Source: an uncultured Chloroflexia bacterium
GTDB lineage: Bacteria > Chloroflexota > Limnocylindria > QHBO01
Assembly: GCA_963812115.1 (NCBI GenBank)
Contig: CAWEUD010000043.1
Coordinates: 123,535 to 187,534, forward strand
Reading direction: 5' to 3'
Length of the DNA stretch: 64,000 nucleotides
Shown here one piece after another: positions 30,449 through 40,915 of the stretch (positions are counted from its first letter, which is position 1; every line of letters starts with the position of its first letter). The notes under the pieces are model-generated. The model was not told the origin of the DNA and searched no databases. It worked only from the letters and a program-made list of their open reading frames with translations. A program made the position numbers and the translations under genes.

Positions 30449-31516
30449 TTGGGTAGACTCAAGGCCATGACCGATGCGCAGCGACCCGGCTTCAGCGGGC
30501 TCGACGAGCTGAGCGTCGTCACCAACCCGGTTGGCGGCCACGCGTCTCCGTCCGAGCTGATGTACCCCGGTGGCCCCGGCGTCGACGGTGGCCTGCTCGC
30601 CCCGGGCGACCCGCTGCCCGAGAACGCCGGCCCCGGCGGCCGACGGCCGGAGTGGCTGAAGGTGCGCGTGGGCGTCGGTGAGACCTACGCATCGGTCAGC
30701 CGACTGATGCGAGCAGAGGCACTCCACACGGTCTGCGAGGAGGCGCGCTGCCCGAACCAGGGCGAGTGCTGGGCGCTGGGCACGGCAACCTTCATGGTCC
30801 TCGGCTCCGTCTGCACCCGGAACTGCGGCTTCTGCGCCATCGACACCGGCCGCCCGCCGGAGACCGACACCGATGAGCCTCGCCGCGTCGGTGAGGCGGC
30901 GCGCGCCATGAACCTGAAGCACGCGGTCGTCACGATGGTCGCCCGCGACGACCTGCCCGATGGCGGGGCCGGGATCGTTGCGGAGACGATCTGCGAGATC
31001 CGGCGCCAGTCGCCAGCGACCAGCATCGAGGTCCTGATCTCGGACCTGAACGGCCGGCCCGATGACATCCGCACGGTGGTCGAGGCACGCCCCGAGATCC
31101 TGAACCACAACGTCGAGACCGTGCCGCGCCTGCAGCGCCCCGTGCGGCGCCGCGCGCGCTGGGAACGCTCCGTCTCCGTCCTCACCACCGGTCGCGCCGC
31201 GGCCCGCGAGATCGGCTACGACACCCTCGTCACGAAGACCGGGCTGATGGTGGGACTCGGCGAGACGTGGGACGAGCTGGTCGAAGCGCTGCGGCTTCTG
31301 CGCGACGCCCGGATCGACGTGCTGACCATCGGCCAGTACCTGCGTCCCTCCCGCCAGCACCTGCCCCTGCGCAAGTACTACACGCCTGCCGAGTTCATGC
31401 AGCTGCGCCGCATCGGCCTGGAGATGGGGTTCAGGCACGTGCAGTCCGGACCCCTGGTGCGCTCCTCCTACCACGCCGCCGAGCAGGTTCCGGGGCAGGC
31501 GGCCGCGGCCGTCTGA
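30449..31516 (+). CDS. lipA: Lipoyl synthase
   Basis: Two cysteine clusters: the auxiliary CEEARCPNQGEC and the radical-SAM CTRNCGFC. The start may be the ATG at 30467. Confidence 0.9.
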   Translation: MGRLKAMTDAQRPGFSGLDELSVVTNPVGGHASPSELMYPGGPGVDGGLLAPGDPLPENAGPGGRRPEWLKVRVGVGETYASVSRLMRAEALHTVCEEARCPNQGECWALGTATFMVLGSVCTRNCGFCAIDTGRPPETDTDEPRRVGEAARAMNLKHAVVTMVARDDLPDGGAGIVAETICEIRRQSPATSIEVLISDLNGRPDDIRTVVEARPEILNHNVETVPRLQRPVRRRARWERSVSVLTTGRAAAREIGYDTLVTKTGLMVGLGETWDELVEALRLLRDARIDVLTIGQYLRPSRQHLPLRKYYTPAEFMQLRRIGLEMGFRHVQSGPLVRSSYHAAEQVPGQAAAAV

Positions 31517-31536
31517 GCACCCGGGGCGACCACGCC

Positions 31537-32362
31537 ATGACCACCAGGCAGCCGATGCGCGATATCAGCGCTCCTCCCGCCGCAGCGCCGGAACCGCGCC
31601 GCCTGCGCCGACCGCGCCGCGACCTCCCGTACCGGCCGGCCAGCGACGAGCACCCGCTCCTGGCGGCGCACGGCGGGCGGCTCAGCGTCGAACGGCTCGG
31701 GACCGTTCCGTACCAGCCGACGTGGGAACTGCAGGACGAGCTGGCGCAGCAGCGTCGCGAGCGGCGCATCGGCGACCGGCTGCTGCTGCTCGAGCACTTC
31801 CCGGTCTACACCATCGGTCGCGGTGGTGACGAGGCGAACCTGCTCGCGTCCCGCGACCGGCTGCGGGAGATCGGCGCCGAGTTCGTCCGCATCGACCGCG
31901 GTGGCGACATCACCTTCCACGGGCCGGGCCAGCTGGTCGCGTACCCCATCGTCGAGCTGCACGACCCGCTCGATCTGCGCCGGTACGTTCGAGCGCTCGA
32001 GGCGGCGATCATCGACACGGCGGCGGCCTTCGGCGTGGAGGCTGAACGGGTGCCCGGCCTCACCGGGGTGTGGGTCGAGGAGCCGGCGCAAGCTGGCCGC
32101 CATCGGCGTCCGCGTCAAGCGCGGCGTCACGACCCATGGCCTGGCGCTCAACGTGAACACGGAGCTGCGCTGGTTCGACGAGATGATCCCGTGCGGCATC
32201 CCTGACAAGGAGGTCACCTCCCTCGCTCGCGAGATGGGCAGCCCCGTCCGCATGGAGCACGTCGAGGATGCACTTGCCGCCGCCCTGGCCCGGCACTTCG
32301 GTCTGCGCCTGGACGCCGGCCGCGGGGCCATTCCGGGTCCGGCCGGGGCCAGCGAGCAGTGA
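31537..32362 (+). CDS. lipB: Lipoyl(octanoyl) transferase LipB, with a +1 frameshift near 32080-32090
   Basis: Frame 1 gives MTTRQP...LLLLEHFPVYTIGRGG...ITFHGPGQLVAYPIVEL...GLTGVWVEEP. Frame 2 continues KLAAIGVRVKRGVTTHGLALNV...CGI. The catalytic Cys and Lys are present. Confidence 0.8.
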
Positions 32363-33057
32363 CAGGGCGCGACGAGGTGACCGTCGAGCGCCGCACCGGC
32401 CCGGCCGACCATGCGGCGCGCATCGAGATCGGCGCCTTCGGCCCGTGGCAGACGAACAGCTACCTGGTCTGGGACGGGCACTCGCCGCAGGCGCTGGTCC
32501 TGGATCCGGGCATGGGCGCCGCGGACCCCCTGATCGAACGCCTCTCCGCCAACGGCCTGCAGCTGCACGTCATCGGCAACTCGCACGGGCACATCGACCA
32601 CGTCTTCGACAACGCTCCGCTGAAGCGCGCCAGCGGAGCGCCGCTCGCCATCCACCCCGACGACGCCTACCGGCTGAGCCAGCCGAACAGCTACGGCTTC
32701 GAGGTCGAGCCGGTGACTGCCGAGCGCGAGCTGCGCGACGGCGAGCAGCTGCGCATCGGCGACCTCGTCTTCGACATCCTCCACACGCCCGGCCACACCG
32801 AGGGATCCGTCTGCCTCTACGAGGAGCGCCACGCCCTGCTGCTCGCGGGTGACGTGCTGTTCGCCGGCACCTACGGCCGCACCGACCTGCCCGGCGGCGC
32901 CGACGATGCCATGGTCGCCAGCCTCGCGCGGCTCGCGCGCGACCTCCCGGGCGACGTGCGGGTGCTGCCCGGTCATGGGCCGGAGACGACGCTGGAGCGC
33001 GAACGCCCATGGATGGAGCGCATCGCTCGCGCCGGCAGGCTGCTGATCCCCGGCTGA
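32359..33057 (+). CDS. MBL-fold metallo-hydrolase (hydroxyacylglutathione hydrolase-like)
   Basis: HGHIDH metal-binding motif, plus HTPGHT and a downstream Asp/His. The GTG start overlaps the lipB stop (GTGA). Confidence 0.8.
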   Translation: MTGRDEVTVERRTGPADHAARIEIGAFGPWQTNSYLVWDGHSPQALVLDPGMGAADPLIERLSANGLQLHVIGNSHGHIDHVFDNAPLKRASGAPLAIHPDDAYRLSQPNSYGFEVEPVTAERELRDGEQLRIGDLVFDILHTPGHTEGSVCLYEERHALLLAGDVLFAGTYGRTDLPGGADDAMVASLARLARDLPGDVRVLPGHGPETTLERERPWMERIARAGRLLIPG

Positions 33058-33137
33058 GCGAGCGCGCCGCGGCGAGTGCGACCTGCCGATACCGTCAGGG
33101 CTACGATGGACGCCAGCCACGACGAGGAGGAATCGGA

Positions 33138-33855
33138 ATGTCGAAGCTGCGGATCACCCGGCTGGGTCACGGCGGAGTCCTGTATCGATCCCCGGGCGAC
33201 AAGTGGGTCTGGGTCGACCGATGGACGACTGCGCCCAACTACCCCGATGCCTACCGCGAGCCGGAGCAGGTCGACGTCATCGCGCCGACCCACGGCCACT
33301 TCGACCACATCGGCGACGACGGCGTGGACGTCGTTGAGCTCGCCAAGGCATGGCGGGCAGCTGATCGCCAGCCACGAGATGAGCATCTTCTTCATCGGCA
33401 AGGGCATCGAGGGCGCGGTTGGCATGAACACCGGCGGCACGCTTCGAGGCGGCCGGCATCCGCTTCAGCATGGTCCCCGCCGTCCATTCCGGCGGCGCGA
33501 CCCTGAGCGACGTGGACCCGGCGGTGACCCGCGACCTCGGCTGCTGGGGCTGGGTCATCGAGTTCGAGGACGGCACCCGCGTCTACCACTCCGGCGACAC
33601 CGACGTCTTCGGCGACATGGCGCTGATCAGGGACCGATGGGCGCCGACCGATCGCGCGTGCTGCCCATCGGCGGCCACTACACCATGGGACCGGCCGATG
33701 CCGCGCGCGCGGTGGCGCTGTGCGGCGCGAGCACCGTCATCCCGGTCCACTACGGCACCTTCCCGATCCTGGCCGGCACGCCCGAGCGAGCTCGCCGCGG
33801 AGACCATGCGCGAAGGTGGTGGACGCTCGAGCCGGGCGAGACCTGGGAGGCCTGA
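33138..33855 (+). pseudogene. Metal-dependent hydrolase of the beta-lactamase fold (UPF0173-like), broken by at least four frameshifts
   Basis: Conserved pieces are spread over three frames: MSKLRITRLGHGGVLY...APTHGHFDHIGD; GGQLIASHEMSIFFIGKGIEGAVGMNTGGTL; MVPAVHSGGATL...GWVIEFEDGTRVYHSGDTDVFGDMALIRDRW; RVLPIGGHYTMGPADAARAVALCGASTVIPVHYGTFPILAGTP. Confidence 0.7.
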
Positions 33856-34529
33856 TGCCGGAGCGGAGATCACCGTCGCGCTCGAGGTCGGGCGAGAAGC
33901 GCGTCTTCGCCATCGCGCTGGACTGGCCCGGCTGGGCCCGCAGCGGCCGAGGCGAAGACGAGGCGCTGGAAGCCGCTGGCGGCGTACGCCGAGCGCTACG
34001 CCGCAGCCGTTGGCGAGCCGGAGCCTGGCCGATGAGCCTGCGTACGAGGTCGTCGAACGGCTGGCCGGCGAATCCGACACCGACTTCGGCGCGCCGGGCG
34101 TCGAGGCCAGCGGCGGACGACAAGGCCACTGGACGACGCCGAGCTGGAGCGTCAGGTGCGGACTGCTGCGCGCCGCATGGCGGGCCTTCGACGACGCCGC
34201 GCGCGACGCCGACGACGCATCGCTGCGGACCGGTCCGCGCGGCGGCGGCCGGGACGTGCGCGAAGATGACCGAGCCACGTGCTCGGAGGCGGAGGAGGCA
34301 TACCTCTCGAAGCTCGGCAGCCGCCGGCCTCGCCCGGTGCCCGAGGACCCCGCCGAACGCATGGCGCAGGTCCGCGAAGCCGGCATCGCCGCGCTGCGCG
34401 CCCGCGCCGCGGGAGGAGCCGGCGCAGCCGAGCCAGGTCCGCGAGCGCTGGATGCCGCGCTACTGCGTGCGCCGCTCGGCGTGGCACGCGCTCGACCACG
34501 CCTGGGAGATCCGCGATCGGATCGAGTGA
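33855..34529 (+). CDS. Hypothetical protein (DinB/DUF664-like ending?), frameshifted at least twice
   Basis: Coherent segments in two frames (GEKRVFAIALDWPGW...; AYEVVERLAGESDTDFGAPGVEASGGRQGHWTTPSWSVRCGLLRAAWRAFDDAAR...; ...RYCVRRSAWHALDHAWEIRDRIE). Confidence 0.35.
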   Translation: MPERRSPSRSRSGEKRVFAIALDWPGWARSGRGEDEALEAAGGVRRALRRSRWRAGAWPMSLRTRSSNGWPANPTPTSARRASRPAADDKATGRRRAGASGADCCAPHGGPSTTPRATPTTHRCGPVRAAAAGTCAKMTEPRARRRRRHTSRSSAAAGLARCPRTPPNAWRRSAKPASPRCAPAPREEPAQPSQVRERWMPRYCVRRSAWHALDHAWEIRDRIE

Positions 34530-34546
34530 CGCCCGTCGCAAGGGGC

Positions 34547-35127
34547 TCAGGGCCCGATGCGCAGCACCGATTCGACAACGATGTGGGCGACCAGGAGCCC
34601 CGCCACCGCGAGCGCCAGGAAGCCCACCAGCAGGTTGGCGGCACGTAGCCGGAGGCCGATGACCGCTTCGGTCGCGTCTGCCCCTGCGTCGCGTCGCAGC
34701 TCCAGGCGCAGCAGCGGGACCACGGCCGCCAGGAGCGCAACCAGGGGCGCCGCGATCAGCAGCAGGTCGAGCGGACGCATCCGGTTCATGGCCTCGTTGA
34801 CCGGCTCCATCAACGCGGAGAGGCCCGACAGGCCCAGCTCGTAGGTCAGGTACGACATACCGACGAAGATCAGCGTCGGGGCCAGGACGGCCGCGCCCGC
34901 CAGCGCCCAGCCGGTGGGATGCCGCCACGCAGGACCGATCACCATCTCAGCGCCTCCTTGCGCGATTGCGCGTCGCGCGGTACGGACACGCTCCCGAATG
35001 CCGCCGCGCGCCAGGTCCACGATGACTCGCGGGGGGCCAGGCCGGTTTCGTCGACCAGCGCCAGCAGCTCGTCGCCGTAGCGTTCGCGCCAGCGCGCGGG
35101 ATAGATGCCCAGCAGCAGCCGCTTCAT
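34547..35127 (-). CDS. Membrane protein encoded downstream of PadR (N-terminal YPARWRERYGDELLALVDE motif plus a TM C-terminus), with one frameshift near 34940-35020
   Basis: ORF 34939..35127 (MKRLLLGIYPARWRERYGDELLALVDETGL) and ORF 34547..35020 (hydrophobic TM helices) overlap in different frames. The N-terminal motif is typical of PadR-associated membrane proteins. Confidence 0.5.
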
Positions 35128-35429
35128 GCGCTCACCCGCTCAAAGCCGGCCTGGAGCGCGCTGCGCAGCGCCTCGAGCCGACGCTCCAAGACGCCCCGTC
35201 CGGCGGGCGTGATCCGGTACGGACGCCGGCGGCCCTCGGCGGGGAGCGCCTCCACCGTACCGGCCTCCTCGAGCCGGGTCAGCGCTCCGTACAGGGTCCC
35301 CGGGCCCAGCCGCACACCCGCGAAGCGCTCGACGTCGAGCAGCATGGCGTGGCCGTGCTTCGGGCCGCCGGCCAGGCTGATCAGCAGCAGCAGAGCCGGG
35401 TCGTTCTGTCCGTCAGTCCGATTGGGCAT
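35124..35429 (-). CDS. PadR family transcriptional regulator
   Basis: 101 aa winged-helix protein (LLLISLAGGPKHGHAMLLDVERFAGVRLGPGTLYGALTRLEEAG). Its stop overlaps the start of the downstream membrane protein. Confidence 0.85.
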   Translation of the reverse strand: MPNRTDGQNDPALLLLISLAGGPKHGHAMLLDVERFAGVRLGPGTLYGALTRLEEAGTVEALPAEGRRRPYRITPAGRGVLERRLEALRSALQAGFERVSA

Positions 35430-35509
35430 GGCGTGCTTCCTGTACTACGTGGCGCGTAGTATAGGCGGCATCTGCCGTCGCGCAACCCGGGCAGCCGTGA
35501 TCGGGCGGT

Positions 35510-36679
35510 TCAGCGCCAGATCGGCGCGTAGGGGTGCTGCCCGACAATGTGGTCCTCCTCCGCGAAGCGCTCGAAGCGGTATGGCCGCAGGTCGGCGACC
35601 CTGGCCTCTCCGTCGAGGATCAGCTCGGCCAGCGCCGCGCCGACGGCCGGCGCGATCTTGAAGCCGGTGCCCGAGAAGCCGCAATCCAGGTAGAAGCCCT
35701 CCGGGCCGGCCGGGCCGATGATCGGGTGCTGGTCGGGCGTGATGCCGTCCTGCCCGGAGTGAGCGCTGTGCAGCCCCGCATCTTCCATGGCCGGCAGGCG
35801 CCTGCTCAGCCGCTCGGCCGCCTTCTCCAGGAAGCCCGGCGCCGCCGCGTCGACCGGGGCGTCGGGCGAGCCGCCCAGCGGATTGCCGTCCTCCAGCGCA
35901 ACCAGCGTCAGCGAGTCTCCCTCGGGGCGCGCGTACATCGAGTTTGCGAAGTCGATGATGACCGGGTGGCGCGGCATCCGATCCGGCCGCCGGACGTAGG
36001 CGACGTCATGGCGCCAGACCTGGAGCGGCACTTCCACCCCCACCGACGCGGCCAGGGGGCCGGCCCATGCGCCAGCGGCGTTGACGACGATCGGCGCCTC
36101 GAAGCGGCCGCGGCTCGTCTCGACGCCGACCACGCGGTCGCCCTCGTGCAGGATCTCGGATGACCAGGCAGCGGGTCACGAGCCGCGCGCCACGCGCTAC
36201 GGCCGCGGTGATCAGGCTGGTGGTGGTCATGGTCGGGTCGGCGTAACCGGAGGTCGGCTCCCAGGCCGCAACCTCGACGTCGTCGACCACGGATCCCGGG
36301 CACCCGCTCGCGGACCTCGTCGGGGCCGATGAGCCGCGTGTCGATGCCCAGGCGCTGCTGCATCGCCACGTTCGCGCGCAGCTCCTCGACCTCATCGGGC
36401 GGGACCAGCTGCACGAAGCCGGTCTGCACGAAGCCCGCATCCCCGCCGACCCGCTCGCCCCAGTTGGCGAAGTAGCCGTGCGAGACCCAGGCCAGGCGCG
36501 CATCGGCCTCGACGTCGTAGTGCATGCGGACCAGGCCGCTGGAGCGCCCGGTGGCGCCGCCGGCCGCGGTGCTGCGCTCGAGGACGACGGCCTTGCATTC
36601 CGGCCGCGGCCAGGTGGAAGGCCAGCGATGCGCCATGGATGCCGGCGCCGATGATGATCGCGTCTGCTGTCTCAACCAT
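35510..36679 (-). pseudogene. FAD-dependent oxidoreductase (DAO family; sarcosine oxidase beta / glycine oxidase-like), with at least three frameshifts
   Basis: N-terminal Rossmann motif MVETADAIIIGAGIHGASLAFHLA (start ATG preceded by GGAGG at 9 nt). The middle (…GRSSGLVRMHYDVEADARLAWVSHGYFANW…) and C-terminal (…GVETSRGRFEAPIVVNAAGAWAG…GFYLDCGFSGTGFKIAP) segments are in different frames. Confidence 0.7.
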
Positions 36680-36759
36680 GGGCTGCATCCTCCATAGCGG
36701 GTGGGGGCCACCACAGGGCCGCCTGTCCTGCACCGGGCAGTGCGTTCGGCACCCTCGGG

Positions 36760-37644
36760 TCAGCGCGCGAGGTAGCTGATGTCGAAGGGTCGCGGCGCGA
36801 ATCCGAAGGCCGTCTCGAAGGCCTGGAGATCAGTGTAGTTGGGCCTGCCAAGGCTCTGGATCTGATCATGGCTGACCGGGAAGATCGGCAGGATGCGGTC
36901 GGTCACCGCGGTCAGCGCGCTGATGATCGGCAGCGGCATGTTCAGCTTCAGGCGGCGCTTGCCGGTGATCTCCATCACGCGATCGACGATCTGACGGTAG
37001 GTGAGGTAGTCCGGGCCGCCCAGCTCGTAGACGGTGCGGCCGCGGTCGGCGTCCACCAGGCAGCGCTCGATCGCTGCGGCCAGGTCGTCCACCGAGAGGG
37101 GCTGGAAGCGGGCCCGCCCGTCACCGGGAATCGCCACGATGCCCGGCGACCACCACGTCAGCGTCGTCTCGATGAGCCTGAAGAACCCGTCCCCCTCGCC
37201 GAAGAGCAGCGACGGACGCAGGATGACCCAATCGAGGTCGGAGCTGCGGACCAGCTCCTCGCCGCGCCACTTGCTGGCGAGGTAGCCCAGCTGCGGATCA
37301 TCGGTCACACCCATGGCGGACAGGTGCACGAAGCGCCGGACGCCCGCGGACGTCGCCGCCCGCACCGCGTTCGCCACGCCGCCGACGTTGATCGCCTCGA
37401 AGGTCCTGCCGCGCGTCTCGCGCGGGATCGCCACCAGGTGGACCGCTGCGTCGGTCCCTGCCAGCGCCGGCTCGAGGCCTTCGCCGGATTCGACGTCGGC
37501 TGGGTGCGCGGTGACGAGTTCGCCCCAGTCCGTGCGGCTAGCGCCGTCGCGCGACACTGCTCGAACGGCGTGCCCGGCCTCTTGGAGGCGGGCCACCAGG
37601 TGCCGGCCCACGAAGCCTGTTGCTCCGATCACCGCAACGTCCAT
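36760..37644 (-). CDS. NAD(P)H-binding SDR-family epimerase/dehydratase (NDUFA9/NmrA-like)
   Basis: MDVAVIGATGFVGRHLVARL Rossmann motif and a YxxxK region. The start is trimmed to the internal ATG. Confidence 0.8.
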   Translation of the reverse strand: MDVAVIGATGFVGRHLVARLQEAGHAVRAVSRDGASRTDWGELVTAHPADVESGEGLEPALAGTDAAVHLVAIPRETRGRTFEAINVGGVANAVRAATSAGVRRFVHLSAMGVTDDPQLGYLASKWRGEELVRSSDLDWVILRPSLLFGEGDGFFRLIETTLTWWSPGIVAIPGDGRARFQPLSVDDLAAAIERCLVDADRGRTVYELGGPDYLTYRQIVDRVMEITGKRRLKLNMPLPIISALTAVTDRILPIFPVSHDQIQSLGRPNYTDLQAFETAFGFAPRPFDISYLAR

Positions 37645-37733
37645 GCGCTCATCCTCCTCCTGAAACGTGCTACTGTCAAGGTGCACGTTATACGCACGGT
37701 GGACCGATCCGGATCACTCGCTAGAATCGGCGG

Positions 37734-38669
37734 ATGCCCCCAACGGACGAGGTCCTGGTCCACGCGCGCCAGCTGACGAAGCGCTTCGGCGACTTCACGG
37801 CCGTCGACGCGGTCGACTTCGACGTGCGCACCGGCGAGGCGTTCGGTTTCCTCGGGCCGAACGGGGCCGGCAAGACCAGCACGATGCGCATGATCGCCTG
37901 CTCGTCCCCCGTCACCAGCGGCGACCTTAGCGTGATCGGCATGGATCCGCGCCACCAGGCCCCGCAGATCAAGTCACGCCTCGGCGTGGTGCCGCAGATC
38001 GACAACCTGGACGCGGAGCTCACCGTTCGCGAGAACCTGGAGATGTACGCGCGGTACTTCGAGATCCCGCGCGAGCTCGCCCGCCAGCGCACCAGCGAGC
38101 TGCTCGACTTCGTCCAGCTCTCCGAGCGCGCGAACGACCAGGTCGACCCGCTGTCGGGCGGCATGAAGCGTCGCCTCACCATCGCGCGCTCGCTCGTCAA
38201 CGACCCGGAGATGGTGATCCTGGACGAGCCGACCACGGGCCTCGACCCGCAGGCGCGGCACCTCGTCTGGGAGCGGCTGTATCGGCTCAAGCAGCGCGGA
38301 CGGACGCTGATCATCACGACCCACTACATGGACGAGGCCGAGCAGCTCTGCGACCGGCTGGTGGTGATGGACAAGGCGAAGATCGTGGCCGAGGGTTCGC
38401 CGCGGGAGCTCATCGGCCGCTACTCCACCAGGGAGGTGCTGGAGATCCGCGTCACGGAGGCGGCGCGCGCCAGCCTGGACGGGCGCCTCGAGGGCATCGC
38501 CGAGCGGGTGGAGGAGCTGCCCGACCGCACCCTCCTCTACGTGACGGATGGCGAGGCGGCGCTCGACGCGGTCCACAAGCGCGAGATCCCGCTCGAGTCG
38601 GCGCTGGTGCGACGGTCGAGCCTCGAGGACGTCTTCCTGCGCCTCACCGGCCGGACGCTGGTCGAATGA
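37734..38669 (+). CDS. ABC transporter ATP-binding protein (NodI/DrrA-like exporter ATPase)
   Basis: Walker A GPNGAGKTST, signature LSGGMKRRL, Walker B ILDEPTTGLD. Confidence 0.9.
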   Translation: MPPTDEVLVHARQLTKRFGDFTAVDAVDFDVRTGEAFGFLGPNGAGKTSTMRMIACSSPVTSGDLSVIGMDPRHQAPQIKSRLGVVPQIDNLDAELTVRENLEMYARYFEIPRELARQRTSELLDFVQLSERANDQVDPLSGGMKRRLTIARSLVNDPEMVILDEPTTGLDPQARHLVWERLYRLKQRGRTLIITTHYMDEAEQLCDRLVVMDKAKIVAEGSPRELIGRYSTREVLEIRVTEAARASLDGRLEGIAERVEELPDRTLLYVTDGEAALDAVHKREIPLESALVRRSSLEDVFLRLTGRTLVE

Positions 38670-39460
38670 CGCTGGCCATCCAGGCAATCGCGCCCGCCGC
38701 GCGCGTCCTGCAACGCAACCTGTGGGTCTACCGCCGCAGCTGGCGGGGTTCCATCCTCGGCTCGTTCCTGACGCCGATGCTCTACCTGACCGCGATGGGA
38801 ATCGGGCTGGGCGGCCTCATCTCTCAGCGGGATACGACGGCATTCGGCGGCTACGACTACGTCCACTTCCTGGGCCCGGGGATCCTGGCGGCCACCTCGA
38901 TGCAGTCGGCGACGTTCGAGGCCAGCTTCCCGGTGATGGGTAAGATCGCCTGGCGACGCAACTACGAGGCCATGCTGGCCACGCCGCTGCAGGTCGGGCA
39001 CGTCCTGGCCGGCGAGCTGCTCTGGATCGGCTTCCGCGTCCTCACCATCTCGGTCGTCTTCCTGGTGGTGCTGACCATCTTCGGGATCCCCCGCTCGCCC
39101 ATGGCGCTGCTGGCCATCCCGTCAGCCATCCTGACCGGCCTCGCCTTCAGCTCGGCCGTGGTGGCGTTCAGCGCCACCCAGCGGAACTCCGAGGGCTTCA
39201 GCTGGCTGTTCCGCTTCGTGATCAACCCGCTCTTCATCTTCAGCGGGACCTTCTTCCCGCTCTCGGCCCTGCCGGAGCAGGTCCAGTGGGCCGCCGCCGC
39301 GACGCCGCTCTACCACGGGGTGGCGCTGATCCGCGGCACGATCCTGGACGATCCCATGTTCCTGGGTCCCTGGCCACTCCACGTGGCCTACCTCCTCGCC
39401 TTCCTTGCCGTGGGCGCCTACCTGGCCAACCGACTCCTGCAGCGCCGGCTGCTGAGCTAG
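38666..39460 (+). CDS. ABC-2 type transporter permease
   Basis: 264 aa with six TM helices. ATGA overlap with the ATPase gene. Confidence 0.85.
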   Translation: MTLAIQAIAPAARVLQRNLWVYRRSWRGSILGSFLTPMLYLTAMGIGLGGLISQRDTTAFGGYDYVHFLGPGILAATSMQSATFEASFPVMGKIAWRRNYEAMLATPLQVGHVLAGELLWIGFRVLTISVVFLVVLTIFGIPRSPMALLAIPSAILTGLAFSSAVVAFSATQRNSEGFSWLFRFVINPLFIFSGTFFPLSALPEQVQWAAAATPLYHGVALIRGTILDDPMFLGPWPLHVAYLLAFLAVGAYLANRLLQRRLLS

Positions 39461-39464
39461 ACCG

Positions 39465-40289
39465 ATGGCCGTCGTCACCCGCCGCCTTCCCTCTCCCGCG
39501 CCGATCCCCGCAGCCGTTGCATCGCTCATGCGCGCGCGGCTGCTCGTGCAGCGCAACGCGATGGTCTACCGCCACAGCTGGATCGTCATCGTCTCCGGCT
39601 TCTTCGAGCCACTCTTCTACCTGCTCGGCATCGGCTTCGGGCTGGGCACCATCATCGAGACGGTACGGATCGGACCCGGCTTCGAGATCCCGTTCGCCGC
39701 CTTCGTGGCCCCCGGGCTGCTGGCCATGTCGACCATGAACGGCGCGATCGCGGAGACGATCTTCAACGTGTTCTTCAAGCTGAACTACGAGCGGACGTAC
39801 GAGGGCATCCTGGCCACGCCGCTGGGGATCCGCGAGATTGCCATCGGCGAGCTGATCTGGTCGCTCTTCCGCGGCACGCTCTACGCCGGAGCCTTCGTCG
39901 GCGTGATGCTGGCCATGGGCCTGGTCTACTCGTGGTGGGTGGTGCTGGTGGTACCGGGCGCCATCCTGCTCGGCGCCGCCTTCAGCGCCGCCGGCCTGGC
40001 CACGACCTCGTTCCTGCGCACGGTGCAGGACTTCGACCTGCCGATGGGCCTGGTGGTGATGCCGATGTTCCTGTTCAGCGGCGTCTTCTTTCCGCTCAGC
40101 GTCTACCCCGATTGGGCTCGCTGGATCGTCGAGGCGCTGCCGCTCTACCGCGGCGTGCACCTGTTCCGTGGCCTGTCCACCGGCCTCGTGGACGCCACGA
40201 TGCTGTTCGACGTCGCCTACCTGCTGGCCTTCATGACCATCGGCCTGACGATCGCCATGCGCCAGATGGAGAAGCGCCTGGTGAAGTAG
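39465..40289 (+). CDS. ABC-2 type transporter permease (second subunit)
   Basis: 274 aa, paralogous to the upstream permease. Confidence 0.85.
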   Translation: MAVVTRRLPSPAPIPAAVASLMRARLLVQRNAMVYRHSWIVIVSGFFEPLFYLLGIGFGLGTIIETVRIGPGFEIPFAAFVAPGLLAMSTMNGAIAETIFNVFFKLNYERTYEGILATPLGIREIAIGELIWSLFRGTLYAGAFVGVMLAMGLVYSWWVVLVVPGAILLGAAFSAAGLATTSFLRTVQDFDLPMGLVVMPMFLFSGVFFPLSVYPDWARWIVEALPLYRGVHLFRGLSTGLVDATMLFDVAYLLAFMTIGLTIAMRQMEKRLVK

Positions 40290-40297
40290 GCCCCGGC

Positions 40298-40915
40298 CTA
40301 CTCGCGCCCGGTGAGCACCGGAAGCGCGGCCCGCACGTAGTCCGAGCCGGAGGCCACCGAGAGCGCGGTGGCGAGCACCATGGTCCAGTAGCCGGCGGTG
40401 AGGAACGCGGGCTCCTGGGCGAGCGACGCGAGCGGGCCGGCGGTCTGCGTGTCGAAGGCGAGCATCAGCATCCCCATCCCGAGCAGGGTCGCGAACGTCT
40501 TGCCCTTGCCCAGCGAGCGCGCGGGCATGACGACCGATGCGCTCGCCGCCACCAGCCGCACGCCCTGCACCACCAGCTCGCGGATCAGCAGCAGAGCCAC
40601 CATCCAGGTGGGCAGCAAGCCGACGTCGACCATGGCAACCAGCACGCCTGCCACCAGCACCTTGTCGGCGGTCAGGTCCATGAAGACGCCGAGCGGCGTC
40701 ACCTCGTTGCGGGCACGCGCGATCTTGCCGTCGACGAAATCTGTACTGGCCGCCAGAGCAAACGTGACGAAGGCGAGCAGGCCGGACCCGGGGAACCCGG
40801 CCAGCAGCAGCCCCGCCACGATCGGCGTGGCGGCGATGCGGCTCAGCCCCAGCAGGTTCGGCAGCGAGGTGAGGCGCGCGACCGGCTGTGACGCCCTGCG
40901 CTCAGTGCTGCGCAT
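40298..40915 (-). CDS. pgsA: CDP-diacylglycerol--glycerol-3-phosphate 3-phosphatidyltransferase (CDP-alcohol phosphatidyltransferase family)
   Basis: CDP-OH P-transferase motif region (DFVDGKIAR...GVFMDLTADKV). Confidence 0.85.
   Translation of the reverse strand: MRSTERRASQPVARLTSLPNLLGLSRIAATPIVAGLLLAGFPGSGLLAFVTFALAASTDFVDGKIARARNEVTPLGVFMDLTADKVLVAGVLVAMVDVGLLPTWMVALLLIRELVVQGVRLVAASASVVMPARSLGKGKTFATLLGMGMLMLAFDTQTAGPLASLAQEPAFLTAGYWTMVLATALSVASGSDYVRAALPVLTGRE

Noticed and set aside
29368-30456. 362-aa plus-strand ORF spanning the E2 to alkD region
   Set aside because: Antisense to the AlkD-like gene. The translation is Arg/Gly/Ala-rich noise.
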